From the NCBI GenBank assembly GCA_963823335.1, contig CAWGLD010000004.1:352001-416000 (forward strand): 64,000 nt of DNA, given 5' to 3'. Shown here piece by piece: positions 1-10,935 of the stretch. A program made the translations under genes and the position numbers. How positions within the stretch are numbered: position 1 is the first letter of the stretch; each line of letters opens with the position of its first letter. This stretch comes from an uncultured delta proteobacterium (GTDB lineage: Bacteria; Desulfobacterota; Desulfobacteria; Desulfobacterales; B30-G6). The notes beneath the pieces are model-generated. The model searched no databases. It was not told where the DNA came from and was given only the letters and a program-made list of their open reading frames with translations.

Positions 1-1319
1 AGCTGGGTAAAGGGTGTCTTGGCCAGGTTTTCCATGGCCAGTTTTTCCACGATACCGCTTCGCTTCAAGAGCTTTCCCAGGCCAAGTTTGCTCACCATCC
101 TCAAGGCAGTCTTTTCAAGTGGTTTCAATTTTAGTGCCCCCACGCGAATGGGCGGATAAGCCATGGTGGGGGTCAAATAAATATCGTATTTCTCGTGAAA
201 CCGGGCCATCACCCTGGATGCCTGACCCCACTGGCGGATCGCTTTGACAAAGGAAAATGCCGATGTCGCCTTCCCCAGCATGCCAAGCGTCCATGTGAGG
301 GTTTCGACATCGTCCGGACATGCCTTACGGCCCAGTACACCCCCGAGCTCATCAATATCGGCTGCCACTTCCCCGAAATACATGGAGAGATAGCTCAGGG
401 CCAGGGAGCGGCCGTCGATTTCCGGCACATCCTCATCCACATCATGCCCCAGCTTTTGAAGCATCAGGGCCGTTTCCAGGGTTGCCTTGACAATATCCGG
501 ATGAACAGTCGTTTCCAGAGGCGACTGAGAGTTAAAAGCAATTCGCAGTTTCCCAGGCTCCCGCTCGATCTCATCCATATAAGGTCTCTCGGGCTGCTGG
601 ATAATATAGGGTGCACCCAGGTCGGGGGCACAGGTGGCATCCAGCATGGCGGCACTGTCTCTGACACTTCGCGTGATGACATGCTCGATAGCAGCCCCCT
701 CCCACAGCTCGCCGTAATCCGGTCCGGTGGGGGTCCTGCCGCGGGTCGGTTTCAGACCGAAAAGTCCACAGCAGGAAGAGGGAATGCGCATGGACCCCCC
801 GCCGTCGCCGCCGGATGCCAGGGGCACCATACCGCTGGCAACAGCTGCTGCCGATCCCCCGCTGGAGCCCCCCGGCGTGTGATCGGTATTCCATGGGTTG
901 CGGGTCGGTCCATGCAATTCCGGTTCTGTATAGGCCACCAGGCCGAATTCAGGGGTGTTGGTTTTTCCCAGCACATTGACACCCGCCGCCTTGAACCGTT
1001 TTACCAGTTCGCTGTCATAGTCCGGTATGTAGTTGCGAAGCCCCCTGCATCCGTAGGTTAATGGTACGCCCGCATATGCCGCCATCAGGTCCTTCAGTAA
1101 AAAGGGAACGCCGGCAAAAGGACCTTCGGGTGTCATTTCCTTGACCACCGCCCTTGCCCTGTCAAACATGGGTGTAATGACAGCGTTGATTTCAGGATTG
1201 AGGGCTTCAATCCTCTCGATGGCCGCTTCACACAACTCAGCGGGTGTTACCTCTTTTTTCCGAACCAGGTCACCCAGCCCCAGACCGTCATATTGCTCAT
1301 ATTCTTTGAAATTTCCCAT
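1..1319 (-). CDS. Amidase (amidase-signature family), 3' end outside window
   Basis: Not in ORF track because there is no stop in the window. Manual translation from ATG at 1319: [29 protein letters not shown]...GVPFLLKDL...GKTNTPEFG...[16 protein letters not shown]...[18 protein letters not shown] upstream. Confidence 0.9.
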   Translation of the reverse strand, partial: MGNFKEYEQYDGLGLGDLVRKKEVTPAELCEAAIERIEALNPEINAVITPMFDRARAVVKEMTPEGPFAGVPFLLKDLMAAYAGVPLTYGCRGLRNYIPDYDSELVKRFKAAGVNVLGKTNTPEFGLVAYTEPELHGPTRNPWNTDHTPGGSSGGSAAAVASGMVPLASGGDGGGSMRIPSSCCGLFGLKPTRGRTPTGPDYGELWEGAAIEHVITRSVRDSAAMLDATCAPDLGAPYIIQQPERPYMDEIEREPGKLRIAFNSQSPLETTVHPDIVKATLETALMLQKLGHDVDEDVPEIDGRSLALSYLSMYFGEVAADIDELGGVLGRKACPDDVETLTWTLGMLGKATSAFSFVKAIRQWGQASRVMARFHEKYDIYLTPTMAYPPIRVGALKLKPLEKTALRMVSKLGLGKLLKRSGIVEKLAMENLAKTPFTQ

Positions 1320-1506
1320 TCATACCCCCTTTAACCAGATTTGTTTTCTATATCCGAGTCTTTTTTTCACATGCTTCCAATTTCGAACAGCAGAAGTAAG
1401 ATAAAACACTTCGAAATTCGATATTACTTGTTCGACATTCTGCGGTTCGTTTTGAAAAAAAGCTTACGTTAACGGCATTGGGTTTAAAAGGTTATTTAAT
1501 TGCAGA

Positions 1507-2340
1507 TTACAACCCTTTCCCTGCCAGGCCCAGGTAATATTCCATTTCTTCCATTTTCCCACGTTTTTTACATCCCGAGGCATATATCTCACACTTGTTT
1601 TGCAGCACAGTCAGTGCCGCTGCTTTTTGATCATGGGAAAGGGAGCCGCTTTCCAAAAGCTTTATTATGGATTGAATGCGATACTTGTCCAAACCGATAT
1701 TGGATGACAGCTGATCGGCATGTCCTCCCCTTTTGATGACCAACGGTTGGTCAATCAGAAAAATCGGTATGCTGACACCAACCCTGAGCCAAAGATCGTA
1801 ATCCTCACAGGCCGGCAGATTCTCATCAAATACCCCCACCGTCTCAAAAAGACGTTTCCTGATCATAACCGCCGAAGGACTCACCAGGCACAGCCCGAGG
1901 GACCGTTCAAAAAAATAGCCCGATTGTTTCCGATGGCGGTTTTTGGGATGGATCCGCCGTCCATTCCTGATCCATGTTTCCTGGGTCTGGCAAACCAGCG
2001 CCTCGGGATTCGCCTGAAAAAATGTGACCTGCGCGGAAAGCTTTTCAGGCAGCCAAAGGTCGTCTGAATCAAGAAATGCTATCAACTCTCCCTTGGACGA
2101 TGCAATGCCTCTGTTCCGGGCGGCACTGACACCGCGGTTCTGTTGGGTAATGACGGTAATGTCTTGGTATCGGGATAAGTGCTTTCCCGTATCGTCCTCA
2201 GACCCGTCGTCAACAACAATCAGTTCATATCTCTCATAGGTCTGTGAAAAGACCGAATCAACAGCATCATTCAGACACCAGCCTCTGTTATGGGTAGGGA
2301 CTATCACACTGACCATTGGGTCTTCAGTACGACGTATCAT
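1507..2340 (-). CDS. Glycosyltransferase family 2
   Basis: VSVIVPTHNR, IVVDDGSED, AARNRG, AFLDSDD, CEDYDLWLR motifs. Confidence 0.92.
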   Translation of the reverse strand: MIRRTEDPMVSVIVPTHNRGWCLNDAVDSVFSQTYERYELIVVDDGSEDDTGKHLSRYQDITVITQQNRGVSAARNRGIASSKGELIAFLDSDDLWLPEKLSAQVTFFQANPEALVCQTQETWIRNGRRIHPKNRHRKQSGYFFERSLGLCLVSPSAVMIRKRLFETVGVFDENLPACEDYDLWLRVGVSIPIFLIDQPLVIKRGGHADQLSSNIGLDKYRIQSIIKLLESGSLSHDQKAAALTVLQNKCEIYASGCKKRGKMEEMEYYLGLAGKGL

Positions 2341-2630
2341 GGATTTAACTACTCGATCTGCTTATATTCTATTTCGTAAGATTCGCAATCTGCCATATTC
2401 CAATATCTGTGCCTGTTTGACAAGCCGGATTTAATGAAATCCGGATAAAGTCTTGCATTCGTCAACCAGGTTTGGTAATTTTTTGCTATGGCACGCTTAT
2501 GTATTGCCATTCCTTCATTACATTTCAATCGTTAATGAAAGGAGGTTGATAATTCTTGCTCTTCGATCAAACCATGGCAGATTTTTTACGCCGAGTCCCA
2601 TTCAAACCATATAAACTCAAGGAGGTCGAG

Positions 2631-3608
2631 ATGAAAAAAACCATTATTCTAAGTATTGCACTTCTCTTCGCATTTGTTCTGTTGATAGAAGCTCCGCCCG
2701 CCCAGGCGGCTGATCAGACATTCGTCACTATCGGCACCGGCGGTGTAACCGGTGTTTATTACCCCACGGGAGGTGCCATCTGCCGCCTGGTCAACAAGGG
2801 CCGCAAGGAACACAACATCCGCTGCTCCGTTGAAGCCACCGGGGGCTCCGTCTACAACCTGAACGCCATTGCCGCCGGAGAGCTGGACATGGGCGTTGCC
2901 CAGTCCGACTGGCAGTATCATGCCTACTACGGTACCGACAAGTTTGCGGAGCAGGGCCCCAACAAGGACCTGCGCGCCGTCTTCTCCGTGCATCCCGAGC
3001 CATTTACGGTAGTAGCCCGTGCCGGGGCCGGTGTAAAGAGATTTCAGGACCTCAAGGGAAAACGGGTCAATGTCGGCAATCCCGGTTCCGGTCAGCGCGG
3101 CACCATGGAAGTCGTCATGGATGCCCTGGGCTGGACCATGGCTGATTTCAAACTGGCATCCGAGCTGAAACCCGCCGAACAAGCCGGTGCCCTGTGTGAC
3201 AACAAGATCGATGCCATGGTTTATACCGTGGGACATCCCAACGGCTCTATCCAGGAAGCGACCACCACCTGTGATTCCGTCATGGTGGAAGTTGCCGGCC
3301 CCGAAGTGGATAAACTGGTCAAGGATAACGATTATTACCGCAAAGCCATTATTCCCGGCGGCATGTATCGCGGGACGCCCGACGACACCCAGACATTCGG
3401 TGTGGGCGCCACCTTTGTTTCTTCCGCCAAAGTTCCGAATGAAGTCATTTACACTGTAGTCAAGGCCGTATTCGAAAACTTCGAAGATTTCAAGAAACTC
3501 CATCCGGCCTTTGAAAATCTGAAAAAAGAAGAGATGATCAAGGACGGGCTTTCTGCACCCTTGCATGACGGTGCAGTGAAATACTACAAAGAAGCCGGGT
3601 TGATGTAG
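2631..3608 (+). CDS. TAXI-family TRAP transporter solute-binding subunit
   Basis: Signal peptide, then [54 protein letters not shown] before ATG 2631 (in-frame TTG at 2556 is an alternative start). Confidence 0.93.
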   Translation: MKKTIILSIALLFAFVLLIEAPPAQAADQTFVTIGTGGVTGVYYPTGGAICRLVNKGRKEHNIRCSVEATGGSVYNLNAIAAGELDMGVAQSDWQYHAYYGTDKFAEQGPNKDLRAVFSVHPEPFTVVARAGAGVKRFQDLKGKRVNVGNPGSGQRGTMEVVMDALGWTMADFKLASELKPAEQAGALCDNKIDAMVYTVGHPNGSIQEATTTCDSVMVEVAGPEVDKLVKDNDYYRKAIIPGGMYRGTPDDTQTFGVGATFVSSAKVPNEVIYTVVKAVFENFEDFKKLHPAFENLKKEEMIKDGLSAPLHDGAVKYYKEAGLM

Positions 3609-3621
3609 TCACCGCTTAAAC

Positions 3622-3655
3622 CGGCGCGTGTGCCGATATTACGGCACACGCGCCG
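3622..3655 (+). terminator. Intergenic stem-loop (terminator or mRNA stabiliser) after the solute-binding gene
   Basis: CGGCGCGTGTGCCG-atatta-CGGCACACGCGCCG, perfect 14-bp stem with no U-tract. Confidence 0.6.
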
Positions 3656-3664
3656 TAATAACCC

Positions 3665-3740
3665 ATTTAAGAACCTCGCAGCATGCGAAGAACTGCCGAA
3701 CGGCAGAAACTACGGGGAATGCGCTTGCTGTTGCGGTTCA
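3665..3740 (+). repeat. Palindromic element family E (CCCCGCAGCAAGCTACGGGG type), copy with inserted hairpin
   Basis: Homologous to 18945-18997, 32265-32334, 63070-63120 and partly 54071-54120. Confidence 0.8.
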
Positions 3741-3821
3741 GTCACCACCTGCGTTTTCCCTGCCGCTATCCCTTTACCGGATCTTAAGCGACATGTCCTT
3801 TATTCTTAGCGAAAAGGAATT

Positions 3822-6413
3822 GTGACAATGACCGATCCAACAAAACCCACAGAACCTGACGAAAAAGTACGGGAAATGGTTGCAGAAACAGAGACCGGCG
3901 CCAGGAACCCTACCGGTGCAATTCCCAAGAATGTGCTCTTTTACGTACCCCTCATCTGGACCCTCTTTCAACTCTGGTATGCTTCTCCCCTGCCCTTCAT
4001 ATTCAACATTTTCGTTCTAAACGATACCGAAGCCCGGGCCATACATCTGGCTTTCGCCATATTTCTGTCCTATACGGCTTATCCCACGTTCAAATCGTCA
4101 CCCAGGAGCTATATTCCAGTTCAAGATTGGCTCATGGCCCTCATCGGTGCATTCTGCGCGTCATACCTCTTTATATTTTATGTCGAGCTCTCATCACGAC
4201 CCGGCAACCCCACCCAGACAGATTTGATAGTGGCGGTTGTCGGTCTGATCATGCTTCTGGAAGCCACGCGCCGCGCATTGGGGCCGCCGTTGATGGTTGT
4301 CGCCACCCTATTTATCATCTACACCTTTTTCGGTGCCTACATGCCGGATGTTATCGCCCACAAAGGGGCCAGCCTCTCAAAAGGAATGTCTCACTATTGG
4401 CTTTCCACGGAGGGCGTATTCGGGGTAGCTCTGGGTGTTTCCAACGGCATGGTTTTCATGTTCGTGCTTTTTGGGGCGCTTCTCGAAACAGCCGGCGCGG
4501 GAAATTACTTCATCCGCACAGCCTTTGCCGCTCTTGGTCATCTCAAAGGCGGGCCCGCCAAGGCTGCCGTGGTATCATCAGGACTGACCGGCCTGGTGTC
4601 GGGTTCATCCATCGCCAATGTCGTCACCACCGGCACATTCACGATCCCCTTGATGAAAAAGGTTGGGTTCAGTCCGGAAAAAGCCGGGGCCGTGGAAGTG
4701 GCCTGCTCCACCAACGGTCAGTTGATGCCGCCGGTAATGGGAGCCGCCGCATTTCTGATGGTCGAATATGTGGGGATCTCCTATGTTGAGGTCATCAAGC
4801 ACGCCTTTCTCCCGGCCATCATCTCCTATATCGCCCTGGTCTATATTGTCCACTTGGAAGCCCTGAAAATGGGGCTCGAAGGCTTGGAAAAAAAGGTCAC
4901 CAAAACATGGGTCCAGCGGCTGTTTTCATTTGTCTTGACGATTCTCTTTATCATCATCATGGGTGGTATTACTTACTACGGCATGGGCTGGATCAAGACC
5001 TTTGCAGGCGGGGCTGCCAAGTATATCGTCGTGGTTCTTCTTGCTGCCGCCTACCTTCTGCTGCTGGCTTACGCCTGCAAAGTACCGGAACTCGAAGCCA
5101 CGCATGAAATCAACGAACTCCCGGATCTGGGCATCACAGCACAAGCAGGGTATTATTTTCTGCTGCCGATCGTGGTGCTGATGTGGTGCCTGGTGGTGGA
5201 AAGACTTTCACCGGCACTTTCGGCCTATTGGGCCACCATGCTCCTGATCTGTATCGTTATCACCCAGCATCCGCTGAAGGGTTTTTTCCGTAAAGCCAGG
5301 GGGAATGATCACACGTTCAAACGTGGATTCGGTGACCTGGTGAGAGGCCTGGTCAACGGCGCGCGCAACATGATCGGTATCGGTGTCGCAACATCCGCGG
5401 CAGGTATCGTCGTCGGGACCGTGACACTCACCGGCATCGGATTAGTGATGACTGAATTCGTCGAATTCATATCGGGTGGCAACCTGGTACTGATTCTCGG
5501 TTTTACGGCGGTCATCAGCCTGATCCTGGGCATGGGGCTGCCCACGACAGCCAATTATATCGTGGTGTCGACCCTCATGGCGCCCGTCATTGTCAGCCTG
5601 GGTGCCCAGAACGGTCTGATCGTACCCCTAATCGCCGTTCATCTTTTCGTTTTTTACTTCGGTATTCTGGCCGATGACACACCACCGGTGGGGTTGGCGG
5701 CCTTTGCCGCCGCCGGCATATCAGGAGGGGATCCCATACGGACCGGTATTCAGGGCTTTATCTACGACATCCGAACCGCCATCCTGCCCTTTATCTTCAT
5801 CTTCAACACAGAGCTGCTCTTGATCGGGGTGGGCACCTGGTTTCATCTTCTTCTGGTCATAGTAGCCAGCGTCATCGCCATGTTATGTTTTGCCGCAGGA
5901 ACCCAGGGCTACTTTCTCACCAAAAGCCGCATCTGGGAAACCGCTGCATTGCTGCTGGTTGCGTTTACCCTCTTCAGACCAGGTTTCTGGTGGGACATGG
6001 TGTTCCCCCCACTGACGGAAGAGCCTGCCGTGAAAATTGAGCAGATAGTGGAGGGAATAGAGCCCGGCACCCATATGATTCTAACGATCCAGGGGGAGAA
6101 AATGAGCGGGGATATATTTACCAAAGTCATCATGCTGCAGGTTGGGGGCGAAACGTCGGGTTTTGACAGACTTGCCGCCATCGGCATAGAACTCCGAAAA
6201 GAAGATGGCAAAGTACTGGTGGACAATGTAGTCTTTTCCAGTGCCGCGGAAAAAGCGGGGCTGGATTTCGACCAGGAAATACTGAACGTCCAGAGACCCA
6301 ACAAACGGCCTCCTAAACAACTCATGTTCATTCCGGCGGTGCTTCTCCTGGGTGTGATCTGGTTTTTTCAGAATGGCCGTCGCAAGAAGCTCAAGCCTTT
6401 GCTGGCAACCTGA
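3822..6413 (+). CDS. TRAP transporter 4TM/12TM fused permease with C-terminal DUF3394-like domain
   Basis: Multi-TM protein; GGPAKAAVVSS, GQLMPPVMGAAAF, LGMGLPTTANY, TPPVGLAAFAAAGI; follows the TAXI binding protein. Confidence 0.93.
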   Translation: MTMTDPTKPTEPDEKVREMVAETETGARNPTGAIPKNVLFYVPLIWTLFQLWYASPLPFIFNIFVLNDTEARAIHLAFAIFLSYTAYPTFKSSPRSYIPVQDWLMALIGAFCASYLFIFYVELSSRPGNPTQTDLIVAVVGLIMLLEATRRALGPPLMVVATLFIIYTFFGAYMPDVIAHKGASLSKGMSHYWLSTEGVFGVALGVSNGMVFMFVLFGALLETAGAGNYFIRTAFAALGHLKGGPAKAAVVSSGLTGLVSGSSIANVVTTGTFTIPLMKKVGFSPEKAGAVEVACSTNGQLMPPVMGAAAFLMVEYVGISYVEVIKHAFLPAIISYIALVYIVHLEALKMGLEGLEKKVTKTWVQRLFSFVLTILFIIIMGGITYYGMGWIKTFAGGAAKYIVVVLLAAAYLLLLAYACKVPELEATHEINELPDLGITAQAGYYFLLPIVVLMWCLVVERLSPALSAYWATMLLICIVITQHPLKGFFRKARGNDHTFKRGFGDLVRGLVNGARNMIGIGVATSAAGIVVGTVTLTGIGLVMTEFVEFISGGNLVLILGFTAVISLILGMGLPTTANYIVVSTLMAPVIVSLGAQNGLIVPLIAVHLFVFYFGILADDTPPVGLAAFAAAGISGGDPIRTGIQGFIYDIRTAILPFIFIFNTELLLIGVGTWFHLLLVIVASVIAMLCFAAGTQGYFLTKSRIWETAALLLVAFTLFRPGFWWDMVFPPLTEEPAVKIEQIVEGIEPGTHMILTIQGEKMSGDIFTKVIMLQVGGETSGFDRLAAIGIELRKEDGKVLVDNVVFSSAAEKAGLDFDQEILNVQRPNKRPPKQLMFIPAVLLLGVIWFFQNGRRKKLKPLLAT

Positions 6414-6507
6414 TTTTTATGAAATATACTGACAGCTCTTTTACCTAAATAAGCGACAACGTCGCGTCACGTAAAATCGTCCTGCGATTTTATTATTGGA
6501 GTGGATT

Positions 6508-6948
6508 ATGTTTAAAAAGATTCTTATGCCGGTGGACATCGATTACCCGGAAGCCGCCAGAGCTGTTTACCAGGAAACTGCCAAAATTGCCGGAAGCTTT
6601 GGCGCCGAAATTAAATTACTCAGCGTTATGCCGGGCTTCGGTATGCCCATCGTGGCATCCTATATTTCGGAAGAAGTACGGAAGGATGTTTCAACCCGGT
6701 TCAAAGCGTCTGTAGCGGCATTCATTGCGGAAAATTGCGGAAAATCGTTGCCCTTCACGGTTAAAATCGGGAAAAACTGGGAAGAAATCATCAAAGCTGC
6801 TGACGAATGGGGTGCGGACCTGATTGTCGTCTACCATAACCGCCGTCATGAAATCAACGAAGTGTTCAGCAGATCCTGCTCACAGCGGGTTGCAGACAAC
6901 GCCAACTGTTCGGTACTGCGGCTTCGAAACATTCAGGGTTCGTCATAA
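6508..6948 (+). CDS. Universal stress protein
   Basis: MFKKILMPVD start, EEIIKAADEWGADLIVV, VADNANCSVL end; usual partner of TAXI-TRAP loci. Confidence 0.85.
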   Translation: MFKKILMPVDIDYPEAARAVYQETAKIAGSFGAEIKLLSVMPGFGMPIVASYISEEVRKDVSTRFKASVAAFIAENCGKSLPFTVKIGKNWEEIIKAADEWGADLIVVYHNRRHEINEVFSRSCSQRVADNANCSVLRLRNIQGSS

Positions 6949-6996
6949 CTGCACCCGGGCGCCGTCAAACTCTTTGCCGAGCAAGGATTATGGGCC

Positions 6997-7647
6997 ATGA
7001 AGTATTATCTGAAGCTACTGAGCATCATGTTGTTTTGGCTGCTGCTACTCAACATTTCACCGACCTTTTCCCAGGAAATCAAGGCGACAACAGCGGATGG
7101 AAGAGATGTCACTCTCAATCCCAACGGTACCTGGCAGTATGTAGAGCAGACTGGGACACCCTCTCGGTTGGACAGTGAGCTTCCACAGCTTTTCAAGCCA
7201 AAATCCGCCACCGCTCTCCTCAGGGGAAAGCGCGTCAAATATGGCCTGTGGTATGACCGCAGCAAATGGATCCTCGACCAAAACATCGACAACGCTTCCG
7301 CAGAATTTGAACTCACCCACGTCGAAGGTGACCGGTATATCGTGATCATTCCGGAAAGAATTCAGATTCCCCTGGAAACTTTGAGGATTGCCGCCATTGC
7401 CAACGCTAAAAAGGTCGCTCCGGATACCCGGGTATCCTTTGAGGAAAAAAGACTCGTCAACAACAAAAAATTACTCTGCCTGAAAATGGATGCGACCATC
7501 CAGGGGATACCGGTTTCCTACATCAATTACTACTATTCCGGAAAAGCCGGCGCCGTTCAACTGATGAGCTATACCGGTCAGAACCTTTTTGAGGAGTACC
7601 AGTCCGATATAATGGATCTTCTGAATGGGTTTGAGGTATACGAATAA
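6997..7647 (+). CDS. Exported hypothetical protein (DUF3157-like N-terminus)
   Basis: Signal peptide followed by ATTADGRDVTLNPNGTWQYV. Confidence 0.65.
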   Translation: MKYYLKLLSIMLFWLLLLNISPTFSQEIKATTADGRDVTLNPNGTWQYVEQTGTPSRLDSELPQLFKPKSATALLRGKRVKYGLWYDRSKWILDQNIDNASAEFELTHVEGDRYIVIIPERIQIPLETLRIAAIANAKKVAPDTRVSFEEKRLVNNKKLLCLKMDATIQGIPVSYINYYYSGKAGAVQLMSYTGQNLFEEYQSDIMDLLNGFEVYE

Positions 7648-7685
7648 ATTCGCGCAGCGAATTTATCTGACGCGGCTGCGCCGCT
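7645..7685 (+). repeat. Stop-codon-anchored double-hairpin element (family D)
   Basis: TAAATTCGC-gca-GCGAATTTA followed by GCGGC-tgc-GCCGC; related to 46690-46730 and 27247-27290. Confidence 0.7.
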
Positions 7686-7772
7686 CGAACCCACGACAGC
7701 CTTTTAGGGGTTTAGGCTAAAGACTGTTAGGCTGCTTTCGGTTGATGGCTTTCAGCCACCCTCCTCAACCCT

Positions 7773-7810
7773 AATTTTGCTGAATATTTCCCGAAATATT
7801 CAGCAAAATT
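7773..7810. terminator. Perfect 18-bp inverted repeat between convergent genes
   Basis: AATTTTGCTGAATATTTC-cc-GAAATATTCAGCAAAATT. Confidence 0.55.
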
Positions 7811-7811
7811 G

Positions 7812-8825
7812 TTAAAGCCCTACCCCGTCAATCAGCGCCCCGCAATATTTGCACTTGCCACCGATGATGGCGTAATTACTGACATTGAACCCCCATCGGT
7901 CGATGAGAACTTTCCCACAGGCATAACAGAAAGTCTTCTCACTCTCCTCTCCGGGGACATTGCCGGTGTAGACATATTTCAGACCGGCACGAAGACCGAT
8001 TTCGTGAGCAGTCATCAAAGTCTGAACCGATGTGGAAGGACGGTCGGTCAGCTTGTAGGTGGGATGAAACCTGCTGATGTGCCAGGGCGTATCGGTTCCT
8101 AAAGACCTTGCGATAAACCCGGCCAGATCAGCGAGCTCTTCTGGGTTGTCATTCAAACCCGGAATGATGAGTGTGGTAATTTCAAGAAAAATATCCCGGG
8201 ATTTCATGGAAACAAGCGTCTCTTTCACACCGGCCAGTCTGGCGCCACAGTATGTTTTGTAAAAGTTGTCATTGAAAGCCTTTAAGTCGACATTGGCAGC
8301 ATCCAGATACGGGGCAATCATATCCAGCGCTTCCGCTGTCATATATCCGTTCGTCACAAACAGATTCAACAAACCCTGTTCATGTGCAAGCCTGGCCGTA
8401 TCATGAGCGAATTCAAAATATATGGTCGGTTCTGTATAGGTATAGGCAATGGAGCGACAATTGTGTTCTTTGGCGGCGGCGACGATTTCGTCCGGCGTTA
8501 TGAAATTTCCGACAATTGCGCCCTGGTGGTCTGTCGGCATCTGGGCAATATCGGCATTCTGACAGAATTTACATTTAAAATTGCACCCCACCGTTGCAAT
8601 GGAATAGGAAAGACTGCCCGGATAAAAATGAAATAGCGGTTTTTTCTCGATGGGATCTACATGTCGCGCCACCACCTTCCCATATACCAGCGATACGAGC
8701 GTGCCGTCGCTATTCTGCCTGACGTGGCAGATACCACGTTTATTGTTCTTGATCAGGCAGCGGTGATGGCACAGGTTGCACCGTACTTGCTTGTCCGCCA
8801 GACTGTCGAAAAGATAGGCTTTCAT
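7812..8825 (-). CDS. amrS: AmmeMemoRadiSam system radical SAM enzyme
   Basis: N-terminal CNLCHHRC...GICHVR, DPIEKKPLFHF, GCNFKCKFCQN (CxxxCxxC), YTYTEP, C-terminal Zn ribbon. Confidence 0.92.
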   Translation of the reverse strand: MKAYLFDSLADKQVRCNLCHHRCLIKNNKRGICHVRQNSDGTLVSLVYGKVVARHVDPIEKKPLFHFYPGSLSYSIATVGCNFKCKFCQNADIAQMPTDHQGAIVGNFITPDEIVAAAKEHNCRSIAYTYTEPTIYFEFAHDTARLAHEQGLLNLFVTNGYMTAEALDMIAPYLDAANVDLKAFNDNFYKTYCGARLAGVKETLVSMKSRDIFLEITTLIIPGLNDNPEELADLAGFIARSLGTDTPWHISRFHPTYKLTDRPSTSVQTLMTAHEIGLRAGLKYVYTGNVPGEESEKTFCYACGKVLIDRWGFNVSNYAIIGGKCKYCGALIDGVGL

Positions 8826-8853
8826 GATTTTTTCAGGGTTTTAGGTTTTAAGA

Positions 8854-9603
8854 TCAGTTAGTTACCACGCCAGTCGACTGCCTTGGCTTGTGACGCAATG
8901 TCATGGGCCGAGTTCTGAATCGGGGAACCAGGGAGGCCACCAGGCCAGCAAAAGTGCCAAAAGGAAAGCGTTGAATGATCTCCGACTTCTCTATACTGCC
9001 GATGACCTTCCCGGATGACACAGGAAACTGGCTCACGGTACGCCAGGAAATTGGGACCGTTTCGCCCAGGATCTCGCGAATCATGTATTTTAGTTCCCAG
9101 ACACTGTAAAATTGCGCCCGATTATAGATGGTATGGTGAAAAATACCTCTCAGGCGTCGCTCGATTCCTTTGAGTGCATAGCGGTTCATGACACCTAAAA
9201 AAATACGGTCTTTTGCCACCCGGCAAGCTTCTGATATGGCTTTCAAGGGATCTTCCACGAACTCCAGTGTGGTTACCAGGCTGGCATGGTTGAATGAATT
9301 GTCATCAAAGGGAAGATCTTCGGCATATCCCCGATAAAATTCGACCCGATGACCGAACTGTTTCATGGCGATATCGAGCATATAGGGGGAAGGATCGATG
9401 CCCGTGACCTGCAGACCTTTTTCATAAAAGGGTTTGATGCTGGCACCACAGCCGCATCCGATATCGAGCAGGGATTCGCCTCGAATCGGTTTCAACATAT
9501 CGATCATGAGGCAGTTCTCGAGATCGGCTTCGGTTCTGCTACGCGTCTTCAGCACCCATTCTTCATAGGCGCGTGCATCATTAAAATTGAATACATAACC
9601 CAT
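8854..9603 (-). CDS. Class I SAM-dependent methyltransferase
   Basis: LLDIGCGCG, GIDPSPYML, AEDLPFDDNSF. Confidence 0.88.
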   Translation of the reverse strand: MGYVFNFNDARAYEEWVLKTRSRTEADLENCLMIDMLKPIRGESLLDIGCGCGASIKPFYEKGLQVTGIDPSPYMLDIAMKQFGHRVEFYRGYAEDLPFDDNSFNHASLVTTLEFVEDPLKAISEACRVAKDRIFLGVMNRYALKGIERRLRGIFHHTIYNRAQFYSVWELKYMIREILGETVPISWRTVSQFPVSSGKVIGSIEKSEIIQRFPFGTFAGLVASLVPRFRTRPMTLRHKPRQSTGVVTN

Positions 9604-9621
9604 GCTTTAACGTAAACCCAA

Positions 9622-9745
9622 CCCGGAATAACCGGAAAAGATAAAACTCTTTTATCACGAAAGGACGAAAACACGAAAAGACCGTCAAAACATTCGTGTC
9701 TTCCAGATGTATCATTTACGGATACTTCGTTCATGTTTTCGTGAT
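9622..9745. repeat. CACGAAA inverted-array element
   Basis: TATCACGAAAGGACGAAAACACGAAAAGACC and TTCGTTCATGTTTTCGTGAT arms; opposite-orientation homologue at 54038-54210. Confidence 0.7.
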
Positions 9746-10078
9746 TGCATGTATTGCCACAAAAGTAACGAAAAATACAATTGAGGCGCCAATCGGTATA
9801 ACTAATTGATAATATGAGTTATTTTAATATTGATAACCGTAAAATGTTCCGGTTAGATTATATAAATTTTTCAGATATATCAAGCACAAACCAGTAATAG
9901 CATCGTGAACGCTCTAATAGAACATGACGGTTTCGTTCCTTGGAAAAAGACTTGTTTGAAAAATCATTTGACCAGCAGAACCTTGATTCTGTAAGATCGA
10001 TTCCGTGTATCATACGTGAAACGGAATTTTTAATTGGAAGCTATCTCATAAATCTATTTTAGGAAAGGTTTGATATAT

Positions 10079-10930
10079 ATGAAAATATGTGTCGGAATTA
10101 GCGGTATTTTTCTGTCTGTGATGGTGAGTCTCTTTCCGGGTCTTGCTTCTGCGCAGCCCAGTAATATTGACTGGACCCTGGCTGGCCAAATCAAACTGGA
10201 ATCACCGCCTCTGGATGTAGAAAGCACGGCGGATGGAGAACTGGTCTTCGTTCTCCTGCCTGGAAAAGTTGTCGTTTACAACAAACATGCAAACCGTCAG
10301 CTAAACCAGATTCCCATCGATCAAGGTTATGACCGCCTGACATACGCCACCGGATCCGAAACGTTGATATTGACGAGTTCCAGCACGAGCGCGCTCAAGG
10401 TCATCCATATCGATCAGGTTCACAACATTTCCGTGGAAGGATCTCCCTTTATGGGACCGGAAAATGCGCCTGTCACCTTAGCTGTCTTTGATGACTACGA
10501 GTGCGGTTACTGTGCCAAAATGGAAGCGGTTTTCAGCCAGCTGCTTGCAAAATATCCCCAGGATGTCAAGCTGGTTATCAAACAATACCCCCTTCGAAAC
10601 CATCCCAATGCCAGGCAGGCCGCTCTTGCCGTTCTGGCAGCACACAAGCAAGGCAAGTTCTGGGAATTCCACAGTCAGGTCTTTGCCAACCAAACAGAGT
10701 TGTCGACCACGAAACTGGACGAAATTGCCGAAAGTTTTGATCTCGATATGACCCGGTTCAAAAAGGATCTCCTGTCCCAAGATGTCCTGTCCATAATTGT
10801 GCGGGACGTCAGGGAAGGACAAAAAATCGGTGTCAGCGGAACACCAACTATCTTTCTGAACGGCAAGCAGGTAAAAGATCGAACCCTCGAGAATCTCGAA
10901 AAATTGATCGAGAGAGAACTGGCTCGATAA
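10079..10930 (+). CDS. DsbA/thioredoxin-fold protein with N-terminal beta-rich domain
   Basis: Signal peptide; GPENAPVTLAVFDDYECGYC (CxxC), GVSGTPTIFLNG. Confidence 0.88.
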   Translation: MKICVGISGIFLSVMVSLFPGLASAQPSNIDWTLAGQIKLESPPLDVESTADGELVFVLLPGKVVVYNKHANRQLNQIPIDQGYDRLTYATGSETLILTSSSTSALKVIHIDQVHNISVEGSPFMGPENAPVTLAVFDDYECGYCAKMEAVFSQLLAKYPQDVKLVIKQYPLRNHPNARQAALAVLAAHKQGKFWEFHSQVFANQTELSTTKLDEIAESFDLDMTRFKKDLLSQDVLSIIVRDVREGQKIGVSGTPTIFLNGKQVKDRTLENLEKLIERELAR

Positions 10931-10935
10931 AATCG

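Noticed and set aside
195-1061. 288-aa plus-strand ORF
   Set aside because: Antisense shadow of the amidase, which has clear signature motifs on the minus strand.
2489-2503. Sigma-54 promoter before the TAXI operon (TGGCACG)
   Set aside because: The -12 element reads TGTA rather than TTGC at the required spacing.
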